Assembly (NCBI GenBank): GCA_030141605.1
Contig: JAQGDQ010000841.1
Span: 24,817 to 88,816, forward strand
Direction of reading: 5' to 3'
Source: Tubiluchus corallicola
Lineage: Eukaryota > Animalia > Priapulida
DNA length: 64,000 nt
Part shown: in pieces, positions 53,001 through 63,601 of the stretch
Position numbering within the stretch: the stretch's first letter is position 1
Layout of the letters: each line of letters opens with the position of its first letter
Program-made: the position numbers and the translations under genes
Notes under the pieces: generated by a model
Database searches by the model: none
Told to the model about the DNA's origin: nothing
What the model saw: only the letters and a program-made list of their open reading frames with translations

Positions 53001-56000
53001 AATATTTAAAGAATGTCACTTTTTTAAGAACTTAATCAAAGCAGATTGTAGCATCACATTCAAACGGAAGAAAAAACCTTGACACCGATCACTGCTATTA
53101 GCTTGTTTACCATTCTTCCCTACTATTATCACGTACCTCTTTAAAGAGAAGTGTTAAGACAATTTTCGTCTGATGTAACAATGACTTTTCATACTGAAAT
53201 GTGCACTTGCCAAGTGTTTTTAAATGCGAAAAAGACTTTTGGATGTGAATTAAGTTTTGGTACCGCAGTTGCATGGATTTTGTTGGCACGGTACGCACCA
53301 GTTCTGCAAGTTCATGTGGTAGAGAAATTGCCACATCATACATGGATCATATTGATGCATTGGAAGTCAAAAACTTGTTGAGTCTTGTGATTGTTTTTAT
53401 TTCATGGATCATATTGATGCATTGGAAATCAAAAACGTGTTGAGTCTTGTGATTGTTTTTATTTCGTGGGTCATATTGATGCATTGGAAATCAAAAACGT
53501 GTTGAGTCTTGTGATTGTTTTTATTTCATGGGTCATATTGATGCATTGGAAATCAAAAACGTGTTGAGTCTTGTGATTGTTTTTATTTCATGGATCATAT
53601 TGATGCATTGGAAATCAAAAACGTGTTGAGTCTTGTGATTGTTTTTATTTCATGGATGATATGGATGCATTGGAAATCAAAAACGTGTTGAGTCTTGTGA
53701 TTGTTTTTATTTCATGGATCATATTGATGCATTGGAAATCAAAAACGTGTTGAGTCTTGTGATTGTTTTTATTTCGTGGGTCATATTGATGCATTGGAAA
53801 TCAAAAACGTGTTGAGTCTTGTGATTGTTTTTATTTCATGGATCATATTGATGCAATGAAAATAAAAAACGTGTTGAGTCTTGTGATTGTTTTTATTTCA
53901 TGGATCATATTGATGCATTGGAAATCAAAAACGTGTTGAGTCTTGTGATTGTTTTATTTCATGGATCATATTGATGCATTGGAAATCAAAAACGTGTTGA
54001 GTCTTGTAATCGTTTTTATTTCAGATACTCCAACAAGGATTCTGATGCATCCAACAGCTTCATGCATCTCACTAACTGGGATTTGAATAAAAAAAATAGA
54101 CATTCAAGGCAGAATATTACCTTCAGTCCAACGTATAATTACATGTGGTAAGTGGTAGGTCTCTTTCACTCTGATGGTAACAGATCATGCAGTGAGACCA
54201 CAGCTGCCAAGGCCGTCTTAGACCTTCTCCTCATGTGTTAGTACAGTCAACCTCGGGTATAAGGTACTCGCTTATAAGGGACCACCAACACTAATGGTCC
54301 CGATTTTTCGTAACATTTTTCCTATGTAAAAATCTTTTTATATAAGGTACTCGGATATAAGGGACTTACGGTTATAAGGGACAATATCTTAAGGTCCCGC
54401 GTAATAGAAACCCAGGTAAATTACCTCGCATATAGAGGTCCCTATGATCAAAGCGAAATTGATTTTTAACCTCAATTTTTGCAAACACATCTCGCATCAC
54501 TGAAGGAGCTTCCTACATACCGTTTGCACTGAATGTGTAGCAATAATCCATAAAAATATGGGTGAAAGTGCAAAGAAAGTACAGGTCTAGATACACCCTC
54601 TGTCTGTCTCAGCTTCGGCTATAAGCGATTTTTTCCGGTCCTGAGGTGTCCCTTATATCCGAGTGTTGGGAGCTAGTAGATTTTTATGGTGGGGGTGCAA
54701 CTCTTTACCTCCCAACTCATCCACAAATCTGACTACCCTGTTGCGTCATCTTTTATTCACAATAAAAGGGTTGTGCAACATACGTGGGCGGTTGTTGTCA
54801 TACAATTTTCCAGAGGGCAAGAAGGCATATGAACCAAAATTCAACGACACAGGTATAATTAATATATCTTTAGTGAAGTTGCAATGTCGAAGGGCTCACT
54901 TGAAAAACCAGCGGGTCTAAGGCTTGATGTTACGTTTTACGGGGGTCTACTTAGGCGTTATGGTTTTCCATGTTGACCATGACATACATAGATTCCAAAC
55001 ATTCCAGCAACAAAATCTTATATGAAATGGAGGAAAAGATTATGATTATGTTTACTATTTTTATTCACTTTTTACTCTGTTTAGATAAATTAGAACAGGT
55101 TATAATATCAATAACAGTTTCGCGTAAAGGCAGTTAATAATAACAAAAATGACAAAGTGAAAAGAATACAAAATGTCTACTTATCAGTTAACCCTTCCCC
55201 TGAGAGGACAAGGACATGGGAGAGGAGTCCGCGGACGTAGCTCACTCCAGTCAGTCACAGCAACACATCAACGACTTCAAGTCTATGGCCATAACAATCA
55301 ACGGTGATGGCGCCGGCTGCAGCACCAATCAAACATGAACTAAGGAATGGCTCACAAGTCTCTGTGGTTGACTCAGGATACGTCCACAATCCACAACGTC
55401 TGGACACTGGTGGCTAGTCACGCCTCTCCGTGTAGTTTAGAATAAGACACATCGTAGAAAGTTCCAACATCTCATCAGTGTGAATAAAGCTCCATCCACA
55501 ACATCAAAACTGAAGTAGTTTGGTATCACCACTGATAGTCTCTTTATGTTAGATCAGTCAAATAGTAGATGTGCACAAGTTTAGTGCTTCAGACTCGTTA
55601 CACTGTACTCTCCTGGCTATCTGTGTCATGCACTTTCCAAGATCATGTTATGCATGGATAGTTTATAGTATATTATCAAAGGAGGGGTGATAGGTAGGAA
55701 GCCCTTCCCACAGACTATACTACAGCAATATCTAGTTTAGCTATGTGTAAGAACCTTACACCGAGGTTGACCGTATGCATGTTTCATTTATCTAATAATA
55801 CTCTGTTTTGGTAGACTAGTTACATTATTTATTATTTTCAGGACATTAAGAACTTTTTGGAAATACTTGGACCATAAAGGATCGGAAAATAGGAATGAAC
55901 TATGGCAAAAGATGCAAGATATGATTATAAAGCAGTTGATAAGGTAGGAAAAGATGAGAAAATTATGCAAAAGAAAGTTCGAGATGAGATTGCAATTTAA

Positions 56001-56168
56001 TTTTAAATTACGTTTTCTGCATTTTGTTTACAGCGTGGAATGGGTGATGAATCACATGATGAACGCGCATGTCAAAAACCGTTATTCTTGTCATGAGATC
56101 TACGGTTACGACTTCATGTTTGACGAGAATCTCACCCCTTGGATGCTAGAAAATAATGCTGAACCCAG
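44008..56168 (+). CDS. TTLL4: TTLL4-like tubulin-tyrosine-ligase-family (ATP-grasp) protein with putative N-terminal signal peptide; 3'-truncated here
   Basis: Exons 44008-44065, 46850-47026, 48567-48677, 49443-49516, 51130-51324, 51538-51626, 52072-52200, 54025-54147, 55842-55943, 56034-56168, all GT-AG and phase-compatible. Motifs: PALTPSLFSHVLPVVNFG, SHFPGS..KDSFWR..KFGSKEFGFVP, KWIRKP, IIQRYISKPLLIEGYKFHVR, GLVRFAS, FMHLTN, RYSCHEIYGYDFMFDENLTPWMLENN. The first exon is the least certain. Confidence 0.85.
44100..44260 (-). mobile_element. Short RTE-type retroposon, diverged copy 4
   Basis: TTGTAGACATTGGGCAGG..GCTTGTCAGCACCA shared with the other copies. Confidence 0.6.
44920..46320. repeat. 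~88-bp tandem repeat, ~16 copies (TTLL intron)
   Basis: TTTTTGGTCACTAGAAGGACTGTCTTAACAGC recurring. Confidence 0.95.
46939..47570. repeat. 90-bp tandem repeat, 7 copies, spanning exon 3' end and donor
   Basis: GAGTGTCCGAGGGTCATTCCAGC...CAAATAG|GT; the first copy is coding. Confidence 0.95.
48780..49075. repeat. 36-bp tandem repeat, ~8 copies
   Basis: TTAATTCTACCGTAGAATTTATGTAGAATAGCTACA. Confidence 0.85.
49587..51090. repeat. 52-bp tandem repeat, ~29 copies, filling a TTLL intron
   Basis: GCTACCTTCATTATTGTACTCTTCACTGTAGTAAAGTCACCAGTAAGAATAT. Confidence 0.95.
52326..52905. mobile_element. Kolobok-like MITE, full length (inverted relative to the other copies)
   Basis: TTAA|AGGAATACAGGAT ... 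ATCCGGTTTTGCT|TTAA. Confidence 0.75.
53341..54022. repeat. 62-bp tandem repeat, 11 copies, ending at a splice acceptor
   Basis: CATGGATCATATTGATGCATTGGAAATCAAAAACGTGTTGAGTCTTGTGATTGTTTTTATTT. Confidence 0.95.
54244..54668. mobile_element. pogo/Tigger-like MITE (mirrored at about 61008-61429)
   Basis: TA|CAGTCAACCTCGGGTATAAGG ... CCTTATATCCGAGTGTTG; internal TATAAGGGAC subrepeats. Confidence 0.6.
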
Positions 56169-56189
56169 GTAAGAATAAGACAATTGGTA

Positions 56190-56685
56190 AGATGTGTGGT
56201 GAACGCACACCATGGCTGGGCAGTGAATGCCAAGTGACCGCAGTGAGATGTGTGGTGAAAGCACACCATGGCTGGGCAGTGAATGCCAAGTGACCACAGT
56301 GAGATGTGTGGCGAAACCAGGCCATGGCTGGTCAATGAATGCCAGGTGACCACAGTGAGATGCGTGGCGAAAGCACGCCATGGCTGGGCAGTGAATGCCA
56401 AGTGACCACAGTGAGATGTGTGGTGAAAGCACGCCATGGCTGGGCAGTGAATGCCATGTGGCCACAGTGAGATTGTAGTGAAACCACGCCATGGCCAGGC
56501 AGTGAATGCCAGGTGACCACAGTGAGATGTGTGGCAAAAGCACGCCATGGCTGGGCAGTGAATGCCAGGTGACCACAGTGAGATGTGTGGTGAAAGCACG
56601 CCATAGCTGGGCAGTGAATGCCAGGTGACCACAGAGAGATGTGTGGTGAAACCATGCCATGGCTGGGCAGTGAATGCCAGGTGAC
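56190..56685. repeat. 56-bp tandem repeat, ~9 copies (mirrored at 58991-59486)
   Basis: GATGTGTGGTGAAAGCACGCCATGGCTGGGCAGTGAATGCCAGGTGACCACAGTGA. Confidence 0.95.
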
Positions 56686-58990
56686 AGTAGGGTAGATGTT
56701 ACACCTCTGGCCGATTTCCCCCCCTCCTTTGGCTGCCCCTAAAAAAGTGCGAAAATCCGGAAACACCCCTAAAAAAGTGAAGTGGCTCTATTGTCGTGCT
56801 AGTTAAGTGACCAATTTAAGGATTAGGAGTGACGGTTGGTCGACGGGCCACGCCCCCCTCGGCTGCCGGGGGTGGGAACAAAAATCACCCCCTAAAAAAG
56901 TGAAGTGGGTCTATTGTTGCGCTAGTTAAGTGCTCGATTTAAGGATTAGGAGTGACGGTTGGAACTCCCGCACGCTTTGGGGGGGTGCACCCGGCGAGAA
57001 CACCCCCCCTCCGCGGTAAATGCAGTCGTCCGTTCGACACGAGCTCGCTGCGCACTTTGCTCCACCCTAATTGTGGCTAATCCGGTAATCGACTCTCGCC
57101 GCCTAGCTAGCTAGATAATGGGGTAATTGACTTGCGCGCGTGCGTGGCTACGCTAAAAGATTTCTCTACCCACGTGCAGCAGTGCACAGTCTCGTCATCG
57201 TCGTTAAATGGTTAGGATGTTCTTTTATGCGAGTCTAAATTGCCATGCAATTTTTAAAAATTTTACCCCACCCTCATCCGGGCTAGAATGTTCTTTTATG
57301 CGCGTCTAAGTTGCGATACAATTTTATCCTACCTTTATCCGAGATGGATGGATGGATGGATGGATGTCGTCGCCAAAAAGCCTCCTTCGCTCCATCCAAT
57401 GCGGTCGCATCGTGCAACATACAGTCTACTCACACGCGCACACACCGCCGAGCACGATTGTTAGCACGGGCCGACCATTAGCACGAACGTTACCACGTGT
57501 AACATACAGTCTACTCACGCGTCACCGAGCATGATTAATTTCTGGGTTTCTTTATTTTTTTGTCAACTGTAACCAACGATGATGATGATGATGATGATGA
57601 TGACGACGATGATGACGCGGTATTACCTAAAGCAGAGTCTGATCTTTGGTCGTCATCCACTTTTTTATCCGACAGAACAATAATAACTAATGTTAGTTAA
57701 AATTATCTTTTCATTTTGTAAAATCTTTCTATCTGTACTAACTCGCATGTTTAAACCCGCAACGAATGCACTCATCTGATCAGACGCCAAGGCAGGCACG
57801 TGTCTATTTTGAAAAAATCTTTCTATCTGTACTAACTCGCATGTTTAAACCCGCAACGAATGCACTCATCTGATCAGACGCCAAGGCAGGCACGTGTCTA
57901 TTGCTTAATCCGGTAATTGACTCGACTACCTAGCTAATGAGGGCTTAATCCGTTAATTGACTTGCTAGACATGACACCCGCGGCTATTTAAGTGCGTGTA
58001 CCTGTTTTTTAAAAGCCCGTTGGAATGTACAGCAAGCAGACAGTAGGACAGCTGCCGTCTAGGCAATTGAATGCCTGCAGCCTTCTAGTCTGCACGAATT
58101 TCAACGAGTCAGTATTTTTTAGGTGAGGATATATATATATAATCCCAAAAACTCACACAAGTTGGTTACAGTTGACAAAAAAATAAAGAAACCCAGAAAT
58201 TAATCATGCTCGGTGACGCGTGAGTAGACTGTATGTTACACGTGGTAACGTTCGTGCTAATGGTCGGCCCGTGCTAACAATCGTGCTCGGCGGTGTGTGC
58301 GCGTGTGAGTAGACTGTATGTTGCACGATGCGACCGCATTGGATGGAGCGAAGGAGGCTTTTTGGCGACGACATCCATCCATCCATCCATCCATCTCGGA
58401 TAAAGGTAGGATAAAATTGTATCGCAACTTAGACGCGCATAAAAGAACATTCTAGCCCGGATGAGGGTGGGGTAAAATTTTTAAAAATTGCATGGCAATT
58501 TAGACTCGCATAAAAGAACATCCTAACCATTTAACGACGACGACGAGACTGTGCACTGCTGCACGTGGCTAGAGAAATCTTTTAGCCCATTATCTAGCTA
58601 GCGGCCAGCTAGGCGGCGAGAGTCGATTACCGGATTAGCCACAATTAGGGTGGAGCAAGCAAAGTGCGCAGCGAGCGCGTGTCGAACGGACGACTGCATT
58701 TACCGCGGAGGGGGGGGGGTGTTCTCGCCGGGCGCACCCCCCCAAAGCGTGCGGGAGTTCCAACCGTCACTCCTAATCCTTAAATCGAGCACTTAACTAG
58801 CGCAACAATAGACCCACTTCACTTTTTTAGGGGGTGATTTTTGTTCCCACCCCCGGCAGCCGAGGGGGGCGTGGCCCGTCGACCAACCGTCACTCCTAAT
58901 CCTTAAATTGGTCACTTAACTAGCACGACAATAGAGCCACTTCACTTTTTTAGGGGTGTTTCCGGATTTTCGCACTTTTTTAGGGGCAGC
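56686..58990. mobile_element. Non-coding long-TIR element (~850-890-bp TIRs, 583-bp core), Maverick/Polinton-like or foldback
   Basis: GC-rich insert beginning AGTAGGGTAG; arms 56732-57577 / 58161-58990; internal direct repeats; no ORF. Confidence 0.55.
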
Positions 58991-59507
58991 GTCACCTGGC
59001 ATTCACTGCCCAGCCATGGCATGGTTTCACCACACATCTCTCTGTGGTCACCTGGCATTCACTGCCCAGCTATGGCGTGCTTTCACCACACATCTCACTG
59101 TGGTCACCTGGCATTCACTGCCCAGCCATGGCGTGCTTTTGCCACACATCTCACTGTGGTCACCTGGCATTCACTGCCTGGCCATGGCGTGGTTTCACTA
59201 CAATCTCACTGTGGCCACATGGCATTCACTGCCCAGCCATGGCGTGCTTTCACCACACATCTCACTGTGGTCACTTGGCATTCACTGCCCAGCCATGGCG
59301 TGCTTTCGCCACGCATCTCACTGTGGTCACCTGGCATTCATTGACCAGCCATGGCCTGGTTTCGCCACACATCTCACTGTGGTCACTTGGCATTCACTGC
59401 CCAGCCATGGTGTGCTTTCACCACACATCTCACTGCGGTCACTTGGCATTCACTGCCCAGCCATGGTGTGCGTTCACCACACATCTTACCAATTGTCTTA
59501 TTCTTAC

Positions 59508-62500
59508 CTGGGTTCAGCATTATTTTCTAGCATCCAAGGGGTGAGATTCTCGTCAAACATGAAGTCGTAACCGTAGATCTCATGACAAGAATAACGGTTT
59601 TTGACATGCGCGTTCATCATGTGATTCATCACCCATTCCACGCTGTAAACAAAATGCAGAAAACGTAATTTAAAATTAAATTGCAATCTCATCTCGAACT
59701 TTCTTTTGCATAATTTTCTCATCTTTTCCTACCTTATCAACTGCTTTATAATCATATCTTGCATCTTTTGCCATAGTTCATTCCTATTTTCCGATCCTTT
59801 ATGGTCCAAGTATTTCCAAAAAGTTCTTAATGTCCTGAAAATAATAAATAATGTAACTAGTCTACCAAAACAGAGTATTATTAGATAAATGAAACATGCA
59901 TACGGTCAACCTCGGTGTAAGGTTCTTACACATAGCTAAACTAGATATTGCTGTAGTATAGTCTGTGGGAAGGGCTTCCTACCTATCACCCCTCCTTTGA
60001 TAATATACTATAAACTATCCATGCATAACATGATCTTGGAAAGTGCATGACACAGATAGCCAGGAGAGTACAGTGTAACGAGTCTGAAGCACTAAACTTG
60101 TGCACATCTACTATTTGACTGATCTAACATAAAGAGACTATCAGTGGTGATACCAAACTACTTCAGTTTTGATGTTGTGGATGGAGCTTTATTCACACTG
60201 ATGAGATGTTGGAACTTTCTACGATGTGTCTTATTCTAAACTACACGGAGAGGCGTGACTAGCCACCAGTGTCCAGACGTTGTGGATTGTGGACATATCC
60301 TGAGTCAACCACAGAGACTTGTGAGCCATTCCTTAGTTCATGTTTGATTGGTGCTGCAGCCGGCGCCATCACCGTTGATTGTTATGGCCATAGACTTGAA
60401 GTCGTTGATGTGTTGCTGTGACTGACTGGAGTGAGCTACGTCCGCGGACTCCTCTCCCATGTCCTTGTCCTCTCAGGGGAAGGGTTAACTGATAAGTAGA
60501 CATTTTGTATTCTTTTCACTTTGTCATTTTTGTTATTATTAACTGCCTTTACGCGAAACTGTTATTGATATTATAACCTGTTCTAATTTATCTAAACAGA
60601 GTAAAAAGTGAATAAAAATAGTAAACATAATCATAATCTTTTCCTCCATTTCATATAAGATTTTGTTGCTGGAATGTTTGGAATCTATGTATGTCATGGT
60701 CAACATGGAAAACCATAACGCCTAAGTAGACCCCCGTAAAACGTAACATCAAGCCTTAGACCCGCTGGTTTTTCAAGTGAGCCCTTCGACATTGCAACTT
60801 CACTAAAGACATATTAATTATACCTGTGTCGTTGAATTTTGGTTCATATGCCTTCTTGCCCTCTGGAAAATTGTATGACAACAACCGCCCACGTATGTTG
60901 CACAACCCTTTTATTGTGAATAAAAGATGACGCAACAGGGTAGTCAGATTTGTGGATGAGTTGGGAGGTAAAGAGTTGCACCCCCACCATAAAAATCTAC
61001 TAGCTCCCAACACTCGGATATAAGGGACACCTCAGGACCGGAAAAAATCGCTTATAGCCGAAGCTGAGACAGACAGAGGGTGTATCTAGACCTGTACTTT
61101 CTTTGCACTTTCACCCATATTTTTATGGATTATTGCTACACATTCAGTGCAAACGGTATGTAGGAAGCTCCTTCAGTGATGCGAGATGTGTTTGCAAAAA
61201 TTGAGGTTAAAAATCAATTTCGCTTTGATCATAGGGACCTCTATATGCGAGGTAATTTACCTGGGTTTCTATTACGCGGGACCTTAAGATATCGTCTTTT
61301 ATAACCGAAAGTCCCTCATATCCGAGCACCTTATATACGAAGATTTTTACATAGGAAAAACTTTACAAAAAATCGCGACCGGTATTGGTGGTCCCTTATA
61401 AGCGAGTACCTTATACCCGAGGTTGACTGTACTAACACATGAGGAGAAGGTCTAAGACGGCCTTGGCAGCTGTGGTCTCACTGCATGATCTGTTACCATC
61501 AGAGTGAAAGAGACCTACCACTTACCACATGTAATTATACGTTGGACTGAAGGTAATATTCTGCCTTGAATGTCTATTTTTTTTATTCAAATCCCAGTTA
61601 GTGAGATGCATGAAGCTGTTGGATGCATCAGAATCCTTGTTGGAGTATCTGAAATAAAAACGATTACAAGACTCAACACGTTTTTGATTTCCAATGCATC
61701 AATATGATCCATGAAATAAAACAATCACAAGACTCAACACGTTTTTGATTTCCAATGCATCAATATGATCCATGAAATAAAAACAATCACAAGACTCAAC
61801 ACGTTTTTTATTTTCATTGCATCAATATGATCCATGAAATAAAAACAATCACAAGACTCAACACGTTTTTGATTTCCAATGCATCAATATGACCCACGAA
61901 ATAAAAACAATCACAAGACTCAACACGTTTTTGATTTCCAATGCATCAATATGATCCATGAAATAAAAACAATCACAAGACTCAACACGTTTTTGATTTC
62001 CAATGCATCCATATCATCCATGAAATAAAAACAATCACAAGACTCAACACGTTTTTGATTTCCAATGCATCAATATGATCCATGAAATAAAAACAATCAC
62101 AAGACTCAACACGTTTTTGATTTCCAATGCATCAATATGACCCATGAAATAAAAACAATCACAAGACTCAACACGTTTTTGATTTCCAATGCATCAATAT
62201 GACCCACGAAATAAAAACAATCACAAGACTCAACACGTTTTTGATTTCCAATGCATCAATATGATCCATGAAATAAAAACAATCACAAGACTCAACACGT
62301 TTTTGACTTCCAATGCATCAATATGATCCATGTATGATGTGGCAATTTCTCTACCACATGAACTTGCAGAACTGGTGCGTACCGTGCCAACAAAATCCAT
62401 GCAACTGCGGTACCAAAACTTAATTCACATCCAAAAGTCTTTTTCGCATTTAAAAACACTTGGCAAGTGCACATTTCAGTATGAAAAGTCATTGTTACAT

Positions 62501-63601
62501 CAGACGAAAATTGTCTTAACACTTCTCTTTAAAGAGGTACGTGATAATAGTAGGGAAGAATGGTAAACAAGCTAATAGCAGTGATCGGTGTCAAGGTTTT
62601 TTCTTCCGTTTGAATGTGATGCTACAATCTGCTTTGATTAAGTTCTTAAAAAAGTGACATTCTTTAAATATTAGGCGTAAAATATGCTATTTTTGTGCCA
62701 AGAATCTCTTTTCTATTTAATAGACTTTGCTTCTAACAGTAAAAGCAATTATGTCATTTACTATTAAAGCAAAACCGGATCCAATCTTAAACTGATCAAA
62801 ACAAATGTACTCTTTAAAATACTGAAAGGAAACGTACTATTTTTTCAAAAATGACTTACGTAAACGAATCGTTACCACAGAAACACAATTTCCGGTTCAC
62901 GCCACTAGTTCTTCCCTGTTATTTGCATTTTGGCATTCGCTAGTTAGATGGGCACTAGCGCCTGCATTTCAGAAATGCATTGCACAAAAAACAGGTGCTG
63001 TACTTCTCAGTTCAGACGTGTTAGTTTCAACGCTCATGTATGAGCACAGCAGCAAATTTGTAATTTGAATTTTTATCTTAAAACTTACCTAATTTTAACA
63101 TAACACACTGAATATCTTAGCACTGTATTCAATTTTCCCTTTTGCATACACGAGGAACACGCTCATGGAATATTTTTGCCGCTTAAAATTATGTTAGTTC
63201 GTGATGTCATCATTAGTTAGACTTGCCCTCCATTAAATATGTTTTTAATCTGTTATTTAGTTATCAGAAACGCTTTTGCAGTAAAAATGTATAGTGTTTA
63301 TCGGATTTGAAAATGGTGTAGTGCATAAAAAATCATCCTGTATTCCTTTAAAAGAAAGCTTTCGTTCGTAAAAGAGTGGACATTGTTACAAAATCACATT
63401 GAAACTGTAGAAAAAAGTGCTCGTGATGTTTTATTCACAAGTGAGTTTTGAATTGAAGAAAAACGTTCTTACTTGTTGCTGGCGAATCGTACAAGTCCAT
63501 TTTCATGAATGTAAATCCTCATTGGTTGTATTGATGAGACGTAAACGTGTAATCTAACGTGAAACTTATAACCTTCAATAAGCAGTGGCTTACTGATATA
63601 C
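59508..63601 (-). pseudogene. TTLL4: Inverted duplicate of TTLL4-like exons (3'-truncated copy)
   Basis: Mirror exons 63473-63601, 61526-61648, 59733-59834 and 59508-59642 match the plus-strand exons. Confidence 0.85.
62768..63347. mobile_element. Kolobok-like MITE, mirror copy in the palindrome
   Basis: TTAA|AGCAAAACCGGAT ... ATCCTGTATTCCT|TTAA. Confidence 0.75.

Noticed and set aside
13800-56168. Functional microtubule gene cluster (DCLK + TTLL)
   Set aside because: The genes are about 28 kb apart with unrelated sequence between them; no evidence beyond shared annotation, and the TTLL may not be cytosolic
57352-58386. 60-aa ORF duplicated in the TIRs as a transposase remnant
   Set aside because: Starts in a (GGAT)n tract and has no transposase, integrase or polymerase motif
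56106-59570. His/Cys/Trp-rich ORFs up to 204 aa
   Set aside because: Translations of the 56-bp repeat and its mirror; no domain motifs
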